Source of the DNA: an uncultured virus (IMG/VR IMGVR_UViG_3300028393_000049)
Lineage: Duplodnaviria > Heunggongvirae > Uroviricota > Caudoviricetes
Strand: one strand, 5' to 3'
Virus record (IMG/VR): IMGVR_UViG_3300028393_000049
Length of the DNA: 64,000 nucleotides
This document shows, piece after piece, positions 17,818 through 28,689 of this stretch. A model generated the notes under the pieces. That model was not told the origin of the DNA, did no database searches, and worked only from the letters and a program-made list of their open reading frames with translations. A program made the translations under genes and the position numbers. The stretch's first letter is position 1, and each line of letters begins with the position of its first letter.

Positions 17818-19288
17818 TCAGAATAATGAAACCTACGAACAGTTAGGTTATTTAAAAAATATTACTGTAAAATTGCTTAATGTTGACAAAACAAAAGTAA
17901 TCGACATAACTTTACAAATGTTGAATATGGAAATATATGAAGATATATTTTCTAACACTTTGTATGGATTGATCAATGTCGATGACTCAATTGGTTTGAT
18001 GAATGGTATTCCTGGTGGGTCGCAAACTAATATTCATTTTCCTATAGTTGGAGAAGAATTTCTAGATATCACATATGAAATAGTAGGAAGACCAGCAGTA
18101 AAATTGTTATTTTCAGTATACAATATAGAAGAAATTATTAACAGCGACAACTTCAAAAATAGAAAATACAAGTTAAAGTTTGCAAGTTCCGAACATATTG
18201 ATGATGCCAAAACACTTATTCAAAAAAGTTATAAATCGCCATTGAGCGATATGGCTAAAGATATATTTACAACATTCTTAAAGACAAAAAAGACTTTAGA
18301 CATAGAAGATACACAAGGGCAACAACAAATAATCATCCCTAGACTTAGCCCATTTGAAGCATTAAATTTTCTAGCTAAAAGGTCTCTCTCTAATAACGAT
18401 AAGAAGAAATCTGCTTCATATGTCTGTTTTGAAAATACAGCAGGATTTCATTTCTGTGATATCGAAACATTAATTCAAAATGGATTTAAACAAAAAGACG
18501 CAGCAGAGAAAACCAAAGACGATAAAAATTTATACACATATATTATAAAAAATCCAAATATTGCAGAATCACAAGCTGATGCTTTTAAAACAGTTATAAC
18601 ATTTAAAATTAAAAATAGATTTGATACTGTTGAAAAGCTAAAGCGTGGTTATTTTGAAAGCGATACTATCGTATATGATTTTATCAACCATCAGATTACA
18701 CCAACAAGATTTAAGTTTAAAGATACTGCTAATTCTACTTTGTCTGTTGCACCTTATCCAGAAAACTCATCTGATTTTATTGATAAGAGCACAAGCACTG
18801 CAAACAATGATGTATATGTCAAGAAGTTTATGGTTGCTAAGGATTTAAGTACTGGAACTCCAGACACATTTTTGGAAAACATATACGCTAACAAAGCAGC
18901 CTATATGACTAGATTAAATCAAAATATGACTACCATCGAAACATATGGCGATCCTAAAATTAAAGCTGGAGATGTTGTTACTGTAAGATACCCAGAAATT
19001 GTTGGTACAACTTTGAAAAAAGGCGACAGCAACGATAAGTATTTAAATGGTGAATTTCTGATAGGAACTATTCAGCACAGGTTTACTCCTCGTGCTTATG
19101 TTACTTCTATGGATTTATATAAAAATGGATATAATGAAAAAGTTGTACAGTCTGAAACAAATAAGGGAATTTTTGGTTCTGATAGCGCACAAGATATGAA
19201 GTCAGATAGAAATAAACTTATTAATCAAGCAAATCAAGAAGACACTATAAATACAATAGTTTCCCCATTAGTAAAGATTTTTAAATAA
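17810..19288 (+). CDS. baseplate hub protein (gp27-like)
   Basis: IYEDIFS, PIVGEE, FEN..GFHF, GD..IKAGDVV, G.FLI..I.H.F. Confidence 0.7.
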   Translation: MANQNNETYEQLGYLKNITVKLLNVDKTKVIDITLQMLNMEIYEDIFSNTLYGLINVDDSIGLMNGIPGGSQTNIHFPIVGEEFLDITYEIVGRPAVKLLFSVYNIEEIINSDNFKNRKYKLKFASSEHIDDAKTLIQKSYKSPLSDMAKDIFTTFLKTKKTLDIEDTQGQQQIIIPRLSPFEALNFLAKRSLSNNDKKKSASYVCFENTAGFHFCDIETLIQNGFKQKDAAEKTKDDKNLYTYIIKNPNIAESQADAFKTVITFKIKNRFDTVEKLKRGYFESDTIVYDFINHQITPTRFKFKDTANSTLSVAPYPENSSDFIDKSTSTANNDVYVKKFMVAKDLSTGTPDTFLENIYANKAAYMTRLNQNMTTIETYGDPKIKAGDVVTVRYPEIVGTTLKKGDSNDKYLNGEFLIGTIQHRFTPRAYVTSMDLYKNGYNEKVVQSETNKGIFGSDSAQDMKSDRNKLINQANQEDTINTIVSPLVKIFK

Positions 19289-20307
19289 TGAACCAAGATC
19301 ATAATGATAATAATTTTCTAGGAAGAAACGGTTTCTATTATTTCTTCGGTATTGTAGAAGATAGAGATGATCCACTTACTCTTGGCAGAATTAAAGTAAG
19401 AGTGTTTGGAACTCATCCAGATGATAAGACTTTGGTTCCAACTGAAGATTTACCTTGGGCAATGCCAATCCAACCGATTAATTCTGCCGCAGCACATGGT
19501 GTTGGGCATTCTCCTGTTGGTCCTATTCCAGGAACACACGTTTTTGGTTTTTGGGCGGACGGTAGAGATTGCCAAATTCCATTTATTTTAGGTACTATTG
19601 CTGGTGGTACAGGTCAGTTTAATTATGGCGTACCCCAACAGGATAGTTTAGACGGACAAATAGCAGCATCTCCAGTTGGTCCAAATGGCGCACCAATCAA
19701 TCTTCCAAAAGGAAGTAAAGCAATTCCACAAAGAGCAGCGACATTTTCTAAACTAGTTCAAGATAGATACAAATTAACAGATTATCAAGCATGTGGTTTA
19801 ATTGGAAACCTTTGGCACGAGTCTGGTGGTTTTAGGGCTATTAGAGAATATGGTAAAGGCTCTGGTCCACAAGATCAGCCTCCTCCAAAAGGAACCAAGA
19901 ATACAGGTTACGGATGGGTCCAATGGACAAATTCAAGACTTGATGACTTTTTAAATTTCTGCGAGTCTACAGGACATGCACCACAATCCGATGAAGCAAA
20001 TCTTGGTTTCTTTTTAAAGGAATTAGATAAAGCCAAAGTCATCAAGGGGCTAAAGACAAACGCTCCAGTTACAGTTAGTGGGTATTGGGCAGGAACATAT
20101 GATTGCTCTAATATTGAAGGAGCAACGAGATATGTTATGGCTGAGTTTGAAAGACCAAAGAAAGGTCTAGATCATATTGGAGAACGCATTCAATATGCAA
20201 AAATGGCATTAGTCGCTATGAATAAAACTTCTGTTCCTCAAGGCGGAGCACCAAGTAAAGACCCAAATGCACAGGTTCCAACAAATAATAATCCGAAAGC
20301 ACAATAA
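19288..20307 (+). CDS. gp5: gp5 N-terminal OB-fold fused to phage tail lysozyme domain
   Basis: VEDRDDPL.LGRIKVRVFG.H, GFWADG...Q.P; GLIGNL.HESG, GYGWVQWT, FERP. Confidence 0.85.
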   Translation: MNQDHNDNNFLGRNGFYYFFGIVEDRDDPLTLGRIKVRVFGTHPDDKTLVPTEDLPWAMPIQPINSAAAHGVGHSPVGPIPGTHVFGFWADGRDCQIPFILGTIAGGTGQFNYGVPQQDSLDGQIAASPVGPNGAPINLPKGSKAIPQRAATFSKLVQDRYKLTDYQACGLIGNLWHESGGFRAIREYGKGSGPQDQPPPKGTKNTGYGWVQWTNSRLDDFLNFCESTGHAPQSDEANLGFFLKELDKAKVIKGLKTNAPVTVSGYWAGTYDCSNIEGATRYVMAEFERPKKGLDHIGERIQYAKMALVAMNKTSVPQGGAPSKDPNAQVPTNNNPKAQ

Positions 20308-20309
20308 TT

Positions 20310-22346
20310 ATGAGTTTAATTGGCAATCTTACTGACGCTGTTTCTACTATTATAACAGACGTTGTTTCTGGTTTAGATTCTACAGTACATGTTACACTTG
20401 ATAATGTGGTTGGAAATTTCCAAGTAGACGAACAAGTTCAGCATAATCTTTCTATTGGTAGGGTTACTTCTTACGATAGAAATAGCTTGACTATGAACAT
20501 CAAGACTGAAGTTGGAACTTTTGAAAAAGGAAATATTATTATTGGTCTGACCTCTCTTGCGGTCGGAACTATTACTGGAACAGGTTCAGCAAACCCATTT
20601 GATTTTCTAAATCTTTTTCCAAACGGAACTCCAGATAATTTTAGTTTTTCTGATTATATTTTGTCTGTTCCGTCTGCTGCAAATCTTACGCCTGTAGATA
20701 GCATAATGAAAATTTCAGATGCTATATCTGGAACAGCAGAAGTTGATTTAGTTTATAGAGAGGCAGCGGTAAAGGTAACAAATCCTGCAAATGTTTTTGC
20801 TGTAAGTGTTCCATCTCAGACGGATAGGCATGTTCAAACTCATGGCACAGAACCAACCTTTCAGTTTAAAGGACAATATCCGTATAATAAATCAAACAGA
20901 ACAGAATCTGGACATCTTCTAGAAATTGATGATACTCCAGGTGCTGAAAGAATACTTCAACATCATAAGTCTGGTACATATGAAGAAATTCATCATGACG
21001 GACAAAGAGTAATGAAGATTGTAGGTAAGAACAACCACATCACCTTACAAGATGAAAATATCTTTGTTGAAGGCGAGGCTGTAGTCAATATTAAAGGAAA
21101 CGTTACTTTAAGAATTGGCGGAACTCTTACTATTCAAGCAGAAAAAGGTATGCACCTCATTAGTCCTGCTGATATTAGGATGAAGGCAAACAACATTGTA
21201 ATGGAAGCTACCAACGGAAATGTTGACATGTTGGCAAACAAAGATATTCGTGCCACCGCTAAAGGTAACACGAATATTACTTCTATTAATAATTTGTTAA
21301 CGGCATCTGCTAATACTGAAATTTCTTCTGGCGCAGATTTAAATCTTCTATCTAAGAATAATTATTTTTCTTCTGGTTCCAATACAGAAATCTTTACTGG
21401 TGGAAATCTAGATCAGTATGGGACTGCTGGAGTGTCTATCAATTCTGCTAAAGATATGAATATGCTATCACAAACAGATTTTAAGATTAACTCTGCGGCT
21501 GCTATGAATATTAGTGCGTCTGGTAACTTCAACGCAGATGCTGCTCAAATTCATTTCCAAGAAGGTGCAGCAACAGCCCCAACAATGCCGTCAGTGACCA
21601 CTGCAATCGTAACCACAGCCAATCCTACATTAGGTACGGGTATTACCTTCAGTGCTATTGTCGAGCATATGTTTACAGAATCTGACGATGATCCAGAAGC
21701 ATTCGCTAAGGCTACACAAGATGCAATCAATGCTGGATTGATTGATAAAGATGCTTTAAACAGAAAACCAACAGTAACTGGTTCTCCAGATACAACAGCA
21801 GCAGGAAATGTTAAGATTGATTACAGAGATGCTCCTGTTGCAAAATTGTCCAGCTTTCCCGTAAACTTACAATTGTCTCCTCACTTTACTCTAGGCAAAT
21901 TGACCGTGCAAACTCCTGCTGGTTCTCACTTGCTTAAGGCACAATATGGTTACACTGAAGCACAGCTTGCAGGAAACTTGCAGCTATTGGCTCTAAATGT
22001 ATTAGAAAAAATATATGCCAAATATCCAGATATGACTGTCACAAGCTCATTTAGAACAGGAAATACAACAGGAAACAAAGTATCGCAGCACTGTAAAGGC
22101 ATGGCAGCAGATATTCAATTTGCTTCTGCACAGCAAAATAAGCAATTATATCTTCAATATGCTCAGTGGATCAGAGACAATTGTGTATTCGATCAGCTAT
22201 TGCTAGAACATAATAATTTTGGAAATAAACCATATTGGATTCACCTCTCGTTCGATCCATCTAAGACAAAACAGCGTGGTCAAATTATGACTTTGTTTAA
22301 TAACAAGACCTATAGCCAAGGTCTAATATTCTTACAGGATAGCTAA
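20310..22346 (+). CDS. gp5 C-terminal beta-helix fused to peptidase M15-like domain
   Basis: YPYN...TESGH.LEIDDTPGAERI; SSFR, SQHCKGMAADI, WIHLS. Confidence 0.85.
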   Translation: MSLIGNLTDAVSTIITDVVSGLDSTVHVTLDNVVGNFQVDEQVQHNLSIGRVTSYDRNSLTMNIKTEVGTFEKGNIIIGLTSLAVGTITGTGSANPFDFLNLFPNGTPDNFSFSDYILSVPSAANLTPVDSIMKISDAISGTAEVDLVYREAAVKVTNPANVFAVSVPSQTDRHVQTHGTEPTFQFKGQYPYNKSNRTESGHLLEIDDTPGAERILQHHKSGTYEEIHHDGQRVMKIVGKNNHITLQDENIFVEGEAVVNIKGNVTLRIGGTLTIQAEKGMHLISPADIRMKANNIVMEATNGNVDMLANKDIRATAKGNTNITSINNLLTASANTEISSGADLNLLSKNNYFSSGSNTEIFTGGNLDQYGTAGVSINSAKDMNMLSQTDFKINSAAAMNISASGNFNADAAQIHFQEGAATAPTMPSVTTAIVTTANPTLGTGITFSAIVEHMFTESDDDPEAFAKATQDAINAGLIDKDALNRKPTVTGSPDTTAAGNVKIDYRDAPVAKLSSFPVNLQLSPHFTLGKLTVQTPAGSHLLKAQYGYTEAQLAGNLQLLALNVLEKIYAKYPDMTVTSSFRTGNTTGNKVSQHCKGMAADIQFASAQQNKQLYLQYAQWIRDNCVFDQLLLEHNNFGNKPYWIHLSFDPSKTKQRGQIMTLFNNKTYSQGLIFLQDS

Positions 22347-22615
22347 TGCCAGCAGTAGCAAGAGAAGGCGTTGATATTTGCGGTGGTGTCATTCAACCAT
22401 CTGGATCAACAAAATTTAAAGTAAATGGTAGTCCAGTGGCTGTAGTTGAAGACGCAATAGCACCGCATGGAACTTCTCCACACAGTTCAGCCACTTTAAT
22501 TTCTGGTTCTGGAACTTTTACTTTTGGTGGAAAGAAAGTCTGTCGAGTTGGAGATTCCGCTTCATGTGGACACACCGTCTCGACAGGCTCTTCTAATTTT
22601 TTTGTAGGTTCTTAA
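22346..22615 (+). CDS. PAAR spike-tip protein (gp5.4-like)
   Basis: PAVAR.G, RVGDSASCGH. Confidence 0.88.
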   Translation: MPAVAREGVDICGGVIQPSGSTKFKVNGSPVAVVEDAIAPHGTSPHSSATLISGSGTFTFGGKKVCRVGDSASCGHTVSTGSSNFFVGS

Positions 22616-23550
22616 TTTTCAAAAAAAAGTTTACTCGTATTCTCTTTACACTTATCGCCATGAAATCTAGCGAACGGACCAGGAGAAACTTGTTTCTTAC
22701 AATGCTGACACCTAATCTTAGTTAATGGCGCTCTACGTCTGATTATATCATTTGGTTGATCATCAAAGACAAAGGCACGTTTATTTTCAATAATGGTAAC
22801 ATCAGTTGGCTTTTCAATGTCAATTTCTGGCTTCTTGCGTAAACTAAAGCCATGATTAGCAGACATCAAAAGAATAATAGCCAACGGATCAAACACAGAA
22901 ACAATCATTAGGATCAAGGCACGAACAGTCTTATCAAAGTTTGCTTGCCCATCCTTACCATAAAACATTTCTGCAATGTAAAGAAGAGGACCAAGCTCAG
23001 ACTTGGTTTTTTGTGCTGATACTTGTAGTGGCAATAGTTGCTCATTGATCTTATCAATATTTGCCAATGATGTTTGAATGTTGTCATTAAGAACAGCACG
23101 TTCTCTCTTTTGACGATTACGAACAACATTATCCTTAACATTCAATTCAGAGACAGTATCCAACTGATTAAGGCTTCGTTGTGAATTAGCAACGATGCGT
23201 TTTTCATTGTCAACCTTAGACTGAAGTTGTTGAACTTGAATCATAGAAGTTTCAGACGTGTTTTGATTTTGCAGATGTGCTTTTGACAAATAACCAAAGG
23301 TTCCCATGCTTGTGATAAGCATCAGGATAACCACAGCAAAGATCAAGTATGTTTTGATCATAATTGGAGAAGTCTTCCAGTTACTATTAAGCCAACTGAC
23401 AGACACGACCTTACATGCCTCTAGCATTACCCCAAGGACAACGATTGACCAAAAAGCTCCAGAGAACAAGGTTGTCAAACCGACAACAGAATAGAATGCA
23501 GATACGACAGACAACAAGAGTGCCGCACCTAAAACAACGTAGTTAATCAT
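22612..23550 (-). CDS. membrane coiled-coil protein with C-terminal Zn finger
   Basis: TM helices, TSMGTFGYLSKAH, VFDPLA, CQHC...HGDKC. Confidence 0.65.
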   Translation of the reverse strand: MINYVVLGAALLLSVVSAFYSVVGLTTLFSGAFWSIVVLGVMLEACKVVSVSWLNSNWKTSPIMIKTYLIFAVVILMLITSMGTFGYLSKAHLQNQNTSETSMIQVQQLQSKVDNEKRIVANSQRSLNQLDTVSELNVKDNVVRNRQKRERAVLNDNIQTSLANIDKINEQLLPLQVSAQKTKSELGPLLYIAEMFYGKDGQANFDKTVRALILMIVSVFDPLAIILLMSANHGFSLRKKPEIDIEKPTDVTIIENKRAFVFDDQPNDIIRRRAPLTKIRCQHCKKQVSPGPFARFHGDKCKENTSKLFFEN

Positions 23551-23610
23551 TTGTTTTCCTGTAGGTTGGTTGGGCGGTGCATTATTACACCGCCCAAGTT
23601 CACTTAATAA

Positions 23611-24411
23611 TTAATATAACTTTAACTCTTCACATGCAACAATAAAATCTTTAACCAACTTAGAACGAACGATGTCTTTCTGAGTAAAGATAATCGTTGA
23701 GAATTGATCAAGACGATCAATAACTTTAACGAAGTCTTTTAATCCTACACGTTCTTGTTCTTTTGTCAAGTCCGATTGTCTAAAATCACCAGAAAAAATA
23801 ATACGACAATTATCACCAACACGGGTCATAATGGCAGACAGTTCTGCCCAATTCATATTCTGAATTTCATCAACAACAACAATACAATCTTTTAAGGTTA
23901 TACCACGAACGAATGAGGTAGTAATAAATTCAACTTGTCCCTTTGCCTTTAAGAGACCATAAGCATCGCCACGATTAAACAGTTCACCGCAAATAGAATG
24001 ATAAGGAAGTTCATATACTTTTTGCTTTTCTGCCACGCTACCAGGAAGGAAGCCTTGATCTCTGCTTTGAACAGCAGACCGAACAACAACAATCTTTTTA
24101 TAATCTTCATCAGAATATAAAACTTCACTCAAACCAAGATAAAATGAGAGGAATGTTTTTCCTGTCCCTGCTGACCCGATAAGCAATAAATGCTGTCCCG
24201 AACAAAACTGATGGAATACATCAGCCTGATTTTCTGTCATAGGTCTAATGTCTTTTAAATCCAACCCCTTAAATTCTGTAGTAGGTTGTTGGGTTTTAGT
24301 TTGTCTAGGTTGTCTTGTAGTTTGCTGTATTTTTTTCTTTCCTGCTTTTCTTTGGCGTCTTGATGGGTAGACTGAAGATTCGTCTAGTTCGTCCGAGTAT
24401 GCTAGAACCAT
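23611..24411 (-). CDS. phoH: PhoH-family ATPase
   Basis: GSAGTGKT, RGIT, VDEIQN, GDFRQSD. Confidence 0.92.
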   Translation of the reverse strand: MVLAYSDELDESSVYPSRRQRKAGKKKIQQTTRQPRQTKTQQPTTEFKGLDLKDIRPMTENQADVFHQFCSGQHLLLIGSAGTGKTFLSFYLGLSEVLYSDEDYKKIVVVRSAVQSRDQGFLPGSVAEKQKVYELPYHSICGELFNRGDAYGLLKAKGQVEFITTSFVRGITLKDCIVVVDEIQNMNWAELSAIMTRVGDNCRIIFSGDFRQSDLTKEQERVGLKDFVKVIDRLDQFSTIIFTQKDIVRSKLVKDFIVACEELKLY

Positions 24412-24514
24412 GATAGCTCCTGTGCCTTAAGTTAAAGTTAATTCACAAGTTTCATAATAAATTATTCTAAGATGAACAGGTACAGCTATTTTTGTGTTCA
24501 TCTTAAAAATCTGT

Positions 24515-24835
24515 TTATGGAGTCTTAGTTGTCATTCCATATTTTATCTGATTTTTCTTTACGGCTTCACGAACTTTAGTTGCTCGTATTCCTTTGTCGC
24601 CATATTTTTCTGATAGTGGTGATGTTGGGTTTGCTCTAGCTATACGCCCAAGCAGATCATTCATGCCAGCATCTGGCTTAACACGATCTCCATGACCACC
24701 AACCAACATCGGTGCGCCATTTACCATTCTTTCAATGTTTGGATTTTCTTCTAGATAGGTATCACAGGCAGAAATGCCCATAAGCTCTTCCCACTCTTCG
24801 CCTGTAGTATGGTTCTTAAACAAATAATAGGGCAT
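24515..24835 (-). CDS. FmdB-like hypothetical protein
   Basis: MP.Y.F.N..TGEEWE N-terminus. Confidence 0.55.
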   Translation of the reverse strand: MPYYLFKNHTTGEEWEELMGISACDTYLEENPNIERMVNGAPMLVGGHGDRVKPDAGMNDLLGRIARANPTSPLSEKYGDKGIRATKVREAVKKNQIKYGMTTKTP

Positions 24836-24901
24836 CTTGCCTCGCTTCTGTTACTATCATATTTAGAGTTTAGGGGAGCTACAGAAGTAACTCCCCATTT
24901 A

Positions 24902-25264
24902 CTATGCTTGTCTTGTCAAGAAATTTACACGAACACTCTTCGGATTGAAGAACCTCTTAATAACTTCTACGGCAATATTGATATCATATTCTTTACAAGA
25001 AAATACATCAATATATCCTTCACCCGTATTGTCACAAAAGTGAGCGATAATGTTACTGGTTTCAATCAATTGAATGACTGTCCATCCTGCCAAATGATCT
25101 GCGTTATGTCCAAAGTGAATAATCTGTGGTTCCCCATAAGGAATCATTTCAATCTCTTCAACTAAAGCTTTGGCAAAATCCCTGAGCGTATCAGGATTAG
25201 TAATTGCCTCTAGATCACATTCAGCACAATCAATTAAGGAGTGCCATCCCCAAAAGTTTCCCAT
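24902..25264 (-). CDS. speD: S-adenosylmethionine decarboxylase proenzyme
   Basis: GWH..IDC, IETSNI.AHF, YIDVFSCK. Confidence 0.82.
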   Translation of the reverse strand: MGNFWGWHSLIDCAECDLEAITNPDTLRDFAKALVEEIEMIPYGEPQIIHFGHNADHLAGWTVIQLIETSNIIAHFCDNTGEGYIDVFSCKEYDINIAVEVIKRFFNPKSVRVNFLTRQA

Positions 25265-25279
25265 CTATATCATTATCCT

Positions 25280-25438
25280 TTAATAATCTTCATCGTCTTC
25301 TGATAGTGCATCTATATCAAGTCGCTTTAGTGCGCTTTGAATTCGTTTTTCTTTACGGCGTTGTTGAATTTCAGAACGATCCGTTTGGTATTCTTCTTCA
25401 TCATAATCACCATGAGTATGATTTCTTGACTTGCCCAC
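25280..25438 (-). CDS. small charged hypothetical protein
   Basis: GAGG RBS, GTG start, 52 aa read manually. Confidence 0.5.
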   Translation of the reverse strand: MGKSRNHTHGDYDEEEYQTDRSEIQQRRKEKRIQSALKRLDIDALSEDDEDY

Positions 25439-25462
25439 TTGTGTTACCTCTTAAAGATATTT

Positions 25463-26023
25463 TTAAATGCGAACTTTTGGCTTTGGACCTGGCTTGCGGC
25501 GTTCTGGTGGTCCGACCACTCCCTTAGCTTCAGAAACGAACTGAGTTTCGTTACTTGTCGGCTCAACGAATGGCTTAACTTCTTCCCGAAATGGAACGTT
25601 AGGCAACAAGCCTGGAAACGCCCTTCGTACCAATGCTTCAGTAAGATTGGGATAAGGCATCTTCTTATCTTTCATACCAATAAGAAGTTCTGCATCATCT
25701 GGATCGACAGTTTCTAGGATTTGAAGAAATATCTGTTCCTTCTTATATCTTGGAATGTTAGCGACACCATTTTTTTCAAAGATGTACAACTTCTTCATTT
25801 CACGATATAAGCGTCCTTGTGCGTCTGTGCTCTTCGGCAATCCACGATAAGGAGGCGATCCTGGAGGAAGATCAAATTGAATAGTAGGATCGTAGAAACA
25901 CTTTAACATCATAATCATGCTCTTATTTTGTTCATGACTAGTTAAAATTTGTTGACGATATAGATCATTTGGCTCGTCTGAAACTGCTTTAAAAATCTCA
26001 GCGAGACCTGGTAATTTTGCCAC
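25463..26023 (-). CDS. conserved T4-like hypothetical protein
   Basis: FDLPPG.PPY, E.IF.Q.LE...P.DAELL..MKDK; usual neighbour of rnh. Confidence 0.7.
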   Translation of the reverse strand: MAKLPGLAEIFKAVSDEPNDLYRQQILTSHEQNKSMIMMLKCFYDPTIQFDLPPGSPPYRGLPKSTDAQGRLYREMKKLYIFEKNGVANIPRYKKEQIFLQILETVDPDDAELLIGMKDKKMPYPNLTEALVRRAFPGLLPNVPFREEVKPFVEPTSNETQFVSEAKGVVGPPERRKPGPKPKVRI

Positions 26024-26034
26024 TTTGCTTATCC

Positions 26035-26880
26035 TTAAAAATCGTTAATGTCTGTTAATAGGTTTTTTAGTTTGTATTTAATAAAATAATTGAAAAGCTT
26101 GCTTCTGCCTTTGTCGGCTTGTTCATTATATGCTTTTACAACATCTACTTCAATACTTTCTGGGATATAATCGAAATCGACCAGAGTTTGATTGCGCTTG
26201 AAATTCCTCATCATGTATTCATCACAAAACGATTCAGGTTCTTGAGCAAGCCACTCGACTAACTTCTTACTACTTATGCTTTTCTGACGGACACCTAAAA
26301 CAAAGGTATTATCTTCAGAAAGAAAGTTTGGTACTCCGTCTCCAGAATCACCTCGAATGATATGTTCCTTCAAGAATAATTTTGGATTATCACAAACAAT
26401 AAACTTCTTCCTAGTAGGATCATATTGCTTGATCCTAGCATACTGCTGTAGCTGAGAGAAGTCCTTATCACCCGATAAGATCAAAACACCTTCAGCATGA
26501 TATTCCTTAACAAGGGTAGCAATAACATCATCTGCTTCTGCGCCCTCAATTTGAATAACACGATAGGGGAAAAATTCCTGAAGTTCATCACGAATACGCC
26601 CAAGTGTTTCGAAAATCATAGTCCAATTTAGTTCAGACTCTTCCCTATTCTTTCGACGATTTGCCTTATAATAAGGAAAGATTTCTCGACGCCAAGAATT
26701 TCTGGAATCACAGGCAACAATAAGTTCTCCATATTCATGTGAGAATTGCTTCTTGTTTGCTCTGATAGAGTTTAGCACCATATGACGAAGAAGATTTTCG
26801 TCTATTTCTGCATTATGGTGGTTGCCGATCTGCGCCATAAGGTTTGAGATCATAACCTGACTTAGGTCCAATATAATCAT
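26035..26880 (-). CDS. rnh: T4-type RNase H (5'-3' exonuclease)
   Basis: WRR..FPYYKANR, EADD, SGDKDF.QL, GDSGDGVPN. Confidence 0.93.
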   Translation of the reverse strand: MIILDLSQVMISNLMAQIGNHHNAEIDENLLRHMVLNSIRANKKQFSHEYGELIVACDSRNSWRREIFPYYKANRRKNREESELNWTMIFETLGRIRDELQEFFPYRVIQIEGAEADDVIATLVKEYHAEGVLILSGDKDFSQLQQYARIKQYDPTRKKFIVCDNPKLFLKEHIIRGDSGDGVPNFLSEDNTFVLGVRQKSISSKKLVEWLAQEPESFCDEYMMRNFKRNQTLVDFDYIPESIEVDVVKAYNEQADKGRSKLFNYFIKYKLKNLLTDINDF

Positions 26881-26934
26881 TTTTTCTCACTTTCAATCTC
26901 ATCATTATATAGAAACAATAAGAAATGTCAACCC

Positions 26935-27324
26935 CTAATCTTCATCTTCATCTTCATTGAGTGCAGAAATAGAAGAAGGATCAAACGTAAACTCACTTTT
27001 TCCAGCTTCCATTTCGTCAAGATCAATAGCGGCATCAACTAATTTTTGAACAAAATGATCAATCTTTTGTGTTCGATATAGCATTGAAGTGATGGCTTCC
27101 GCGACCATGATTGAATCGCGGATACCCTCATCATCTTCTAGAACTGCATAACCTGCCATTTGACACTTAGCCAATAGCACACCCATAAGATCATCAACAA
27201 TCATTTCGCAATAATATGCCTTGGCATTTTCTGCCTTTTCTACGGCTTCTTCTATACTAGAAACCTGTGCTGCATCAATGTTATCTCGTGTTGGAAATCT
27301 GATAACATTTGTTGGTTCTGTCAT
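26935..27324 (-). CDS. hypothetical protein
   Basis: NVIRFP N-terminus, ATGA coupling. Confidence 0.6.
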   Translation of the reverse strand: MTEPTNVIRFPTRDNIDAAQVSSIEEAVEKAENAKAYYCEMIVDDLMGVLLAKCQMAGYAVLEDDEGIRDSIMVAEAITSMLYRTQKIDHFVQKLVDAAIDLDEMEAGKSEFTFDPSSISALNEDEDED

Positions 27325-28442
27325 TTTTCTACTCGCAATAGGATTACGTCTGATGTGATACGACCAGACAATTGAACTTCAGCAGCCTTCGACATATTTA
27401 GGTCTTTCACTATCTTCTTTAGTTGAGGCTTTGTAGCCTTTAGAATAGACGGACAAAGTTCTTCTGGTTTCCTGTAACGCTTTCGTATAGACAACGTTTC
27501 GTCATAGCCAAGAATGGTTGTACCCTTTACGCTTAGACCACCTTCACTGATATAAGCAGTGAATAGATTATACTTAGGATTAAAGGTCCATAGTTGCTTT
27601 GCTCCAACGATTTGTGCTGGATCAATAGAAGCAATCTTATATTCTGCATTTTCTTTAGCGTAACTTAGCTTTGAAACTACTTGAACGGAAGACTTGGCTT
27701 TTGGCTTACGGGGAGTACGGGTTGCCTTGATGACATAAGACATAGATTCTGCTGCCTTGATGATCTTGGTCAGAAACTCGATAAACCTTGTTTGTTGCGC
27801 TCGATTAATATGAGCATAACCTTCCTTTTCTTTCTTGGCATAAACCAACTCATCAATGACTGGCTTATAATAAGAAATGATCTTATTGGTTTGTGCAGCC
27901 TTAAGATCATGAGTCTTCATAAAGGAAAAAGGATCAAACTCACTATTATAATCATTGGTTGTAAAAGTATCAACCTCTGCTTCTAGTTCAGCGATAGCAT
28001 TGTCTGTTTTTTCACGGATACGATCCTGAACAGAAACCACAGACTTAGTTGTAGTTGCTTCTGGAACCTTTACTCGTGCAGCCAAACTAGAAATTAGTTT
28101 TTCGTGAATACGATCAAGACTTCTTTGTTCAATTTCCGTACCATTATTAACAATACGACACATTGACATTGTGGTTATACCAATCTTCTTAAAATCAACA
28201 CGACGAATATCATTCACCTGTTGCTTCGTGTAGATCGGATTTGCCTTCATATAAACCATGACCCAATCGATACCATCATTCAATTCGTACATATAATTGT
28301 ACCAATTAAGGGCAAAGATCATTTCGCTTTGGCTGTAACCGTGCTTTACAATAGGTTCTGGACCCATGTACTTATCGCTAGCCAATTTGGATGCAAGCGA
28401 TCCCATACGGATTGGCTTTTTATTTTTTGTACTCTTAATCAT
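27321..28442 (-). CDS. conserved T4-like hypothetical protein
   Basis: ALNWYNY, SIDP..IVGA..LW.FN, VKGTTI. Confidence 0.7.
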   Translation of the reverse strand: MIKSTKNKKPIRMGSLASKLASDKYMGPEPIVKHGYSQSEMIFALNWYNYMYELNDGIDWVMVYMKANPIYTKQQVNDIRRVDFKKIGITTMSMCRIVNNGTEIEQRSLDRIHEKLISSLAARVKVPEATTTKSVVSVQDRIREKTDNAIAELEAEVDTFTTNDYNSEFDPFSFMKTHDLKAAQTNKIISYYKPVIDELVYAKKEKEGYAHINRAQQTRFIEFLTKIIKAAESMSYVIKATRTPRKPKAKSSVQVVSKLSYAKENAEYKIASIDPAQIVGAKQLWTFNPKYNLFTAYISEGGLSVKGTTILGYDETLSIRKRYRKPEELCPSILKATKPQLKKIVKDLNMSKAAEVQLSGRITSDVILLRVEK

Positions 28443-28689
28443 GATAAACCCTTATTGAGTTAAAACGGTGTTAGCCCAATCCATCCAATCAAGTTGTTCT
28501 GGATTTAAATTTTCTCCAGATCGCTTTCGACTTAGAAGATCACAGTATGTTTCTTCTACCTTATCGTTGCCGTCCCTCACAGGATCAGGAAACTTAAAAA
28601 TTACAAACTCCATTTAGACCTCCTCATTCTATCCCTTAGTATATAGGAAGAAAAGGAGAAAGTCAATAGGTAAAATGCAGTTTAGCAAA

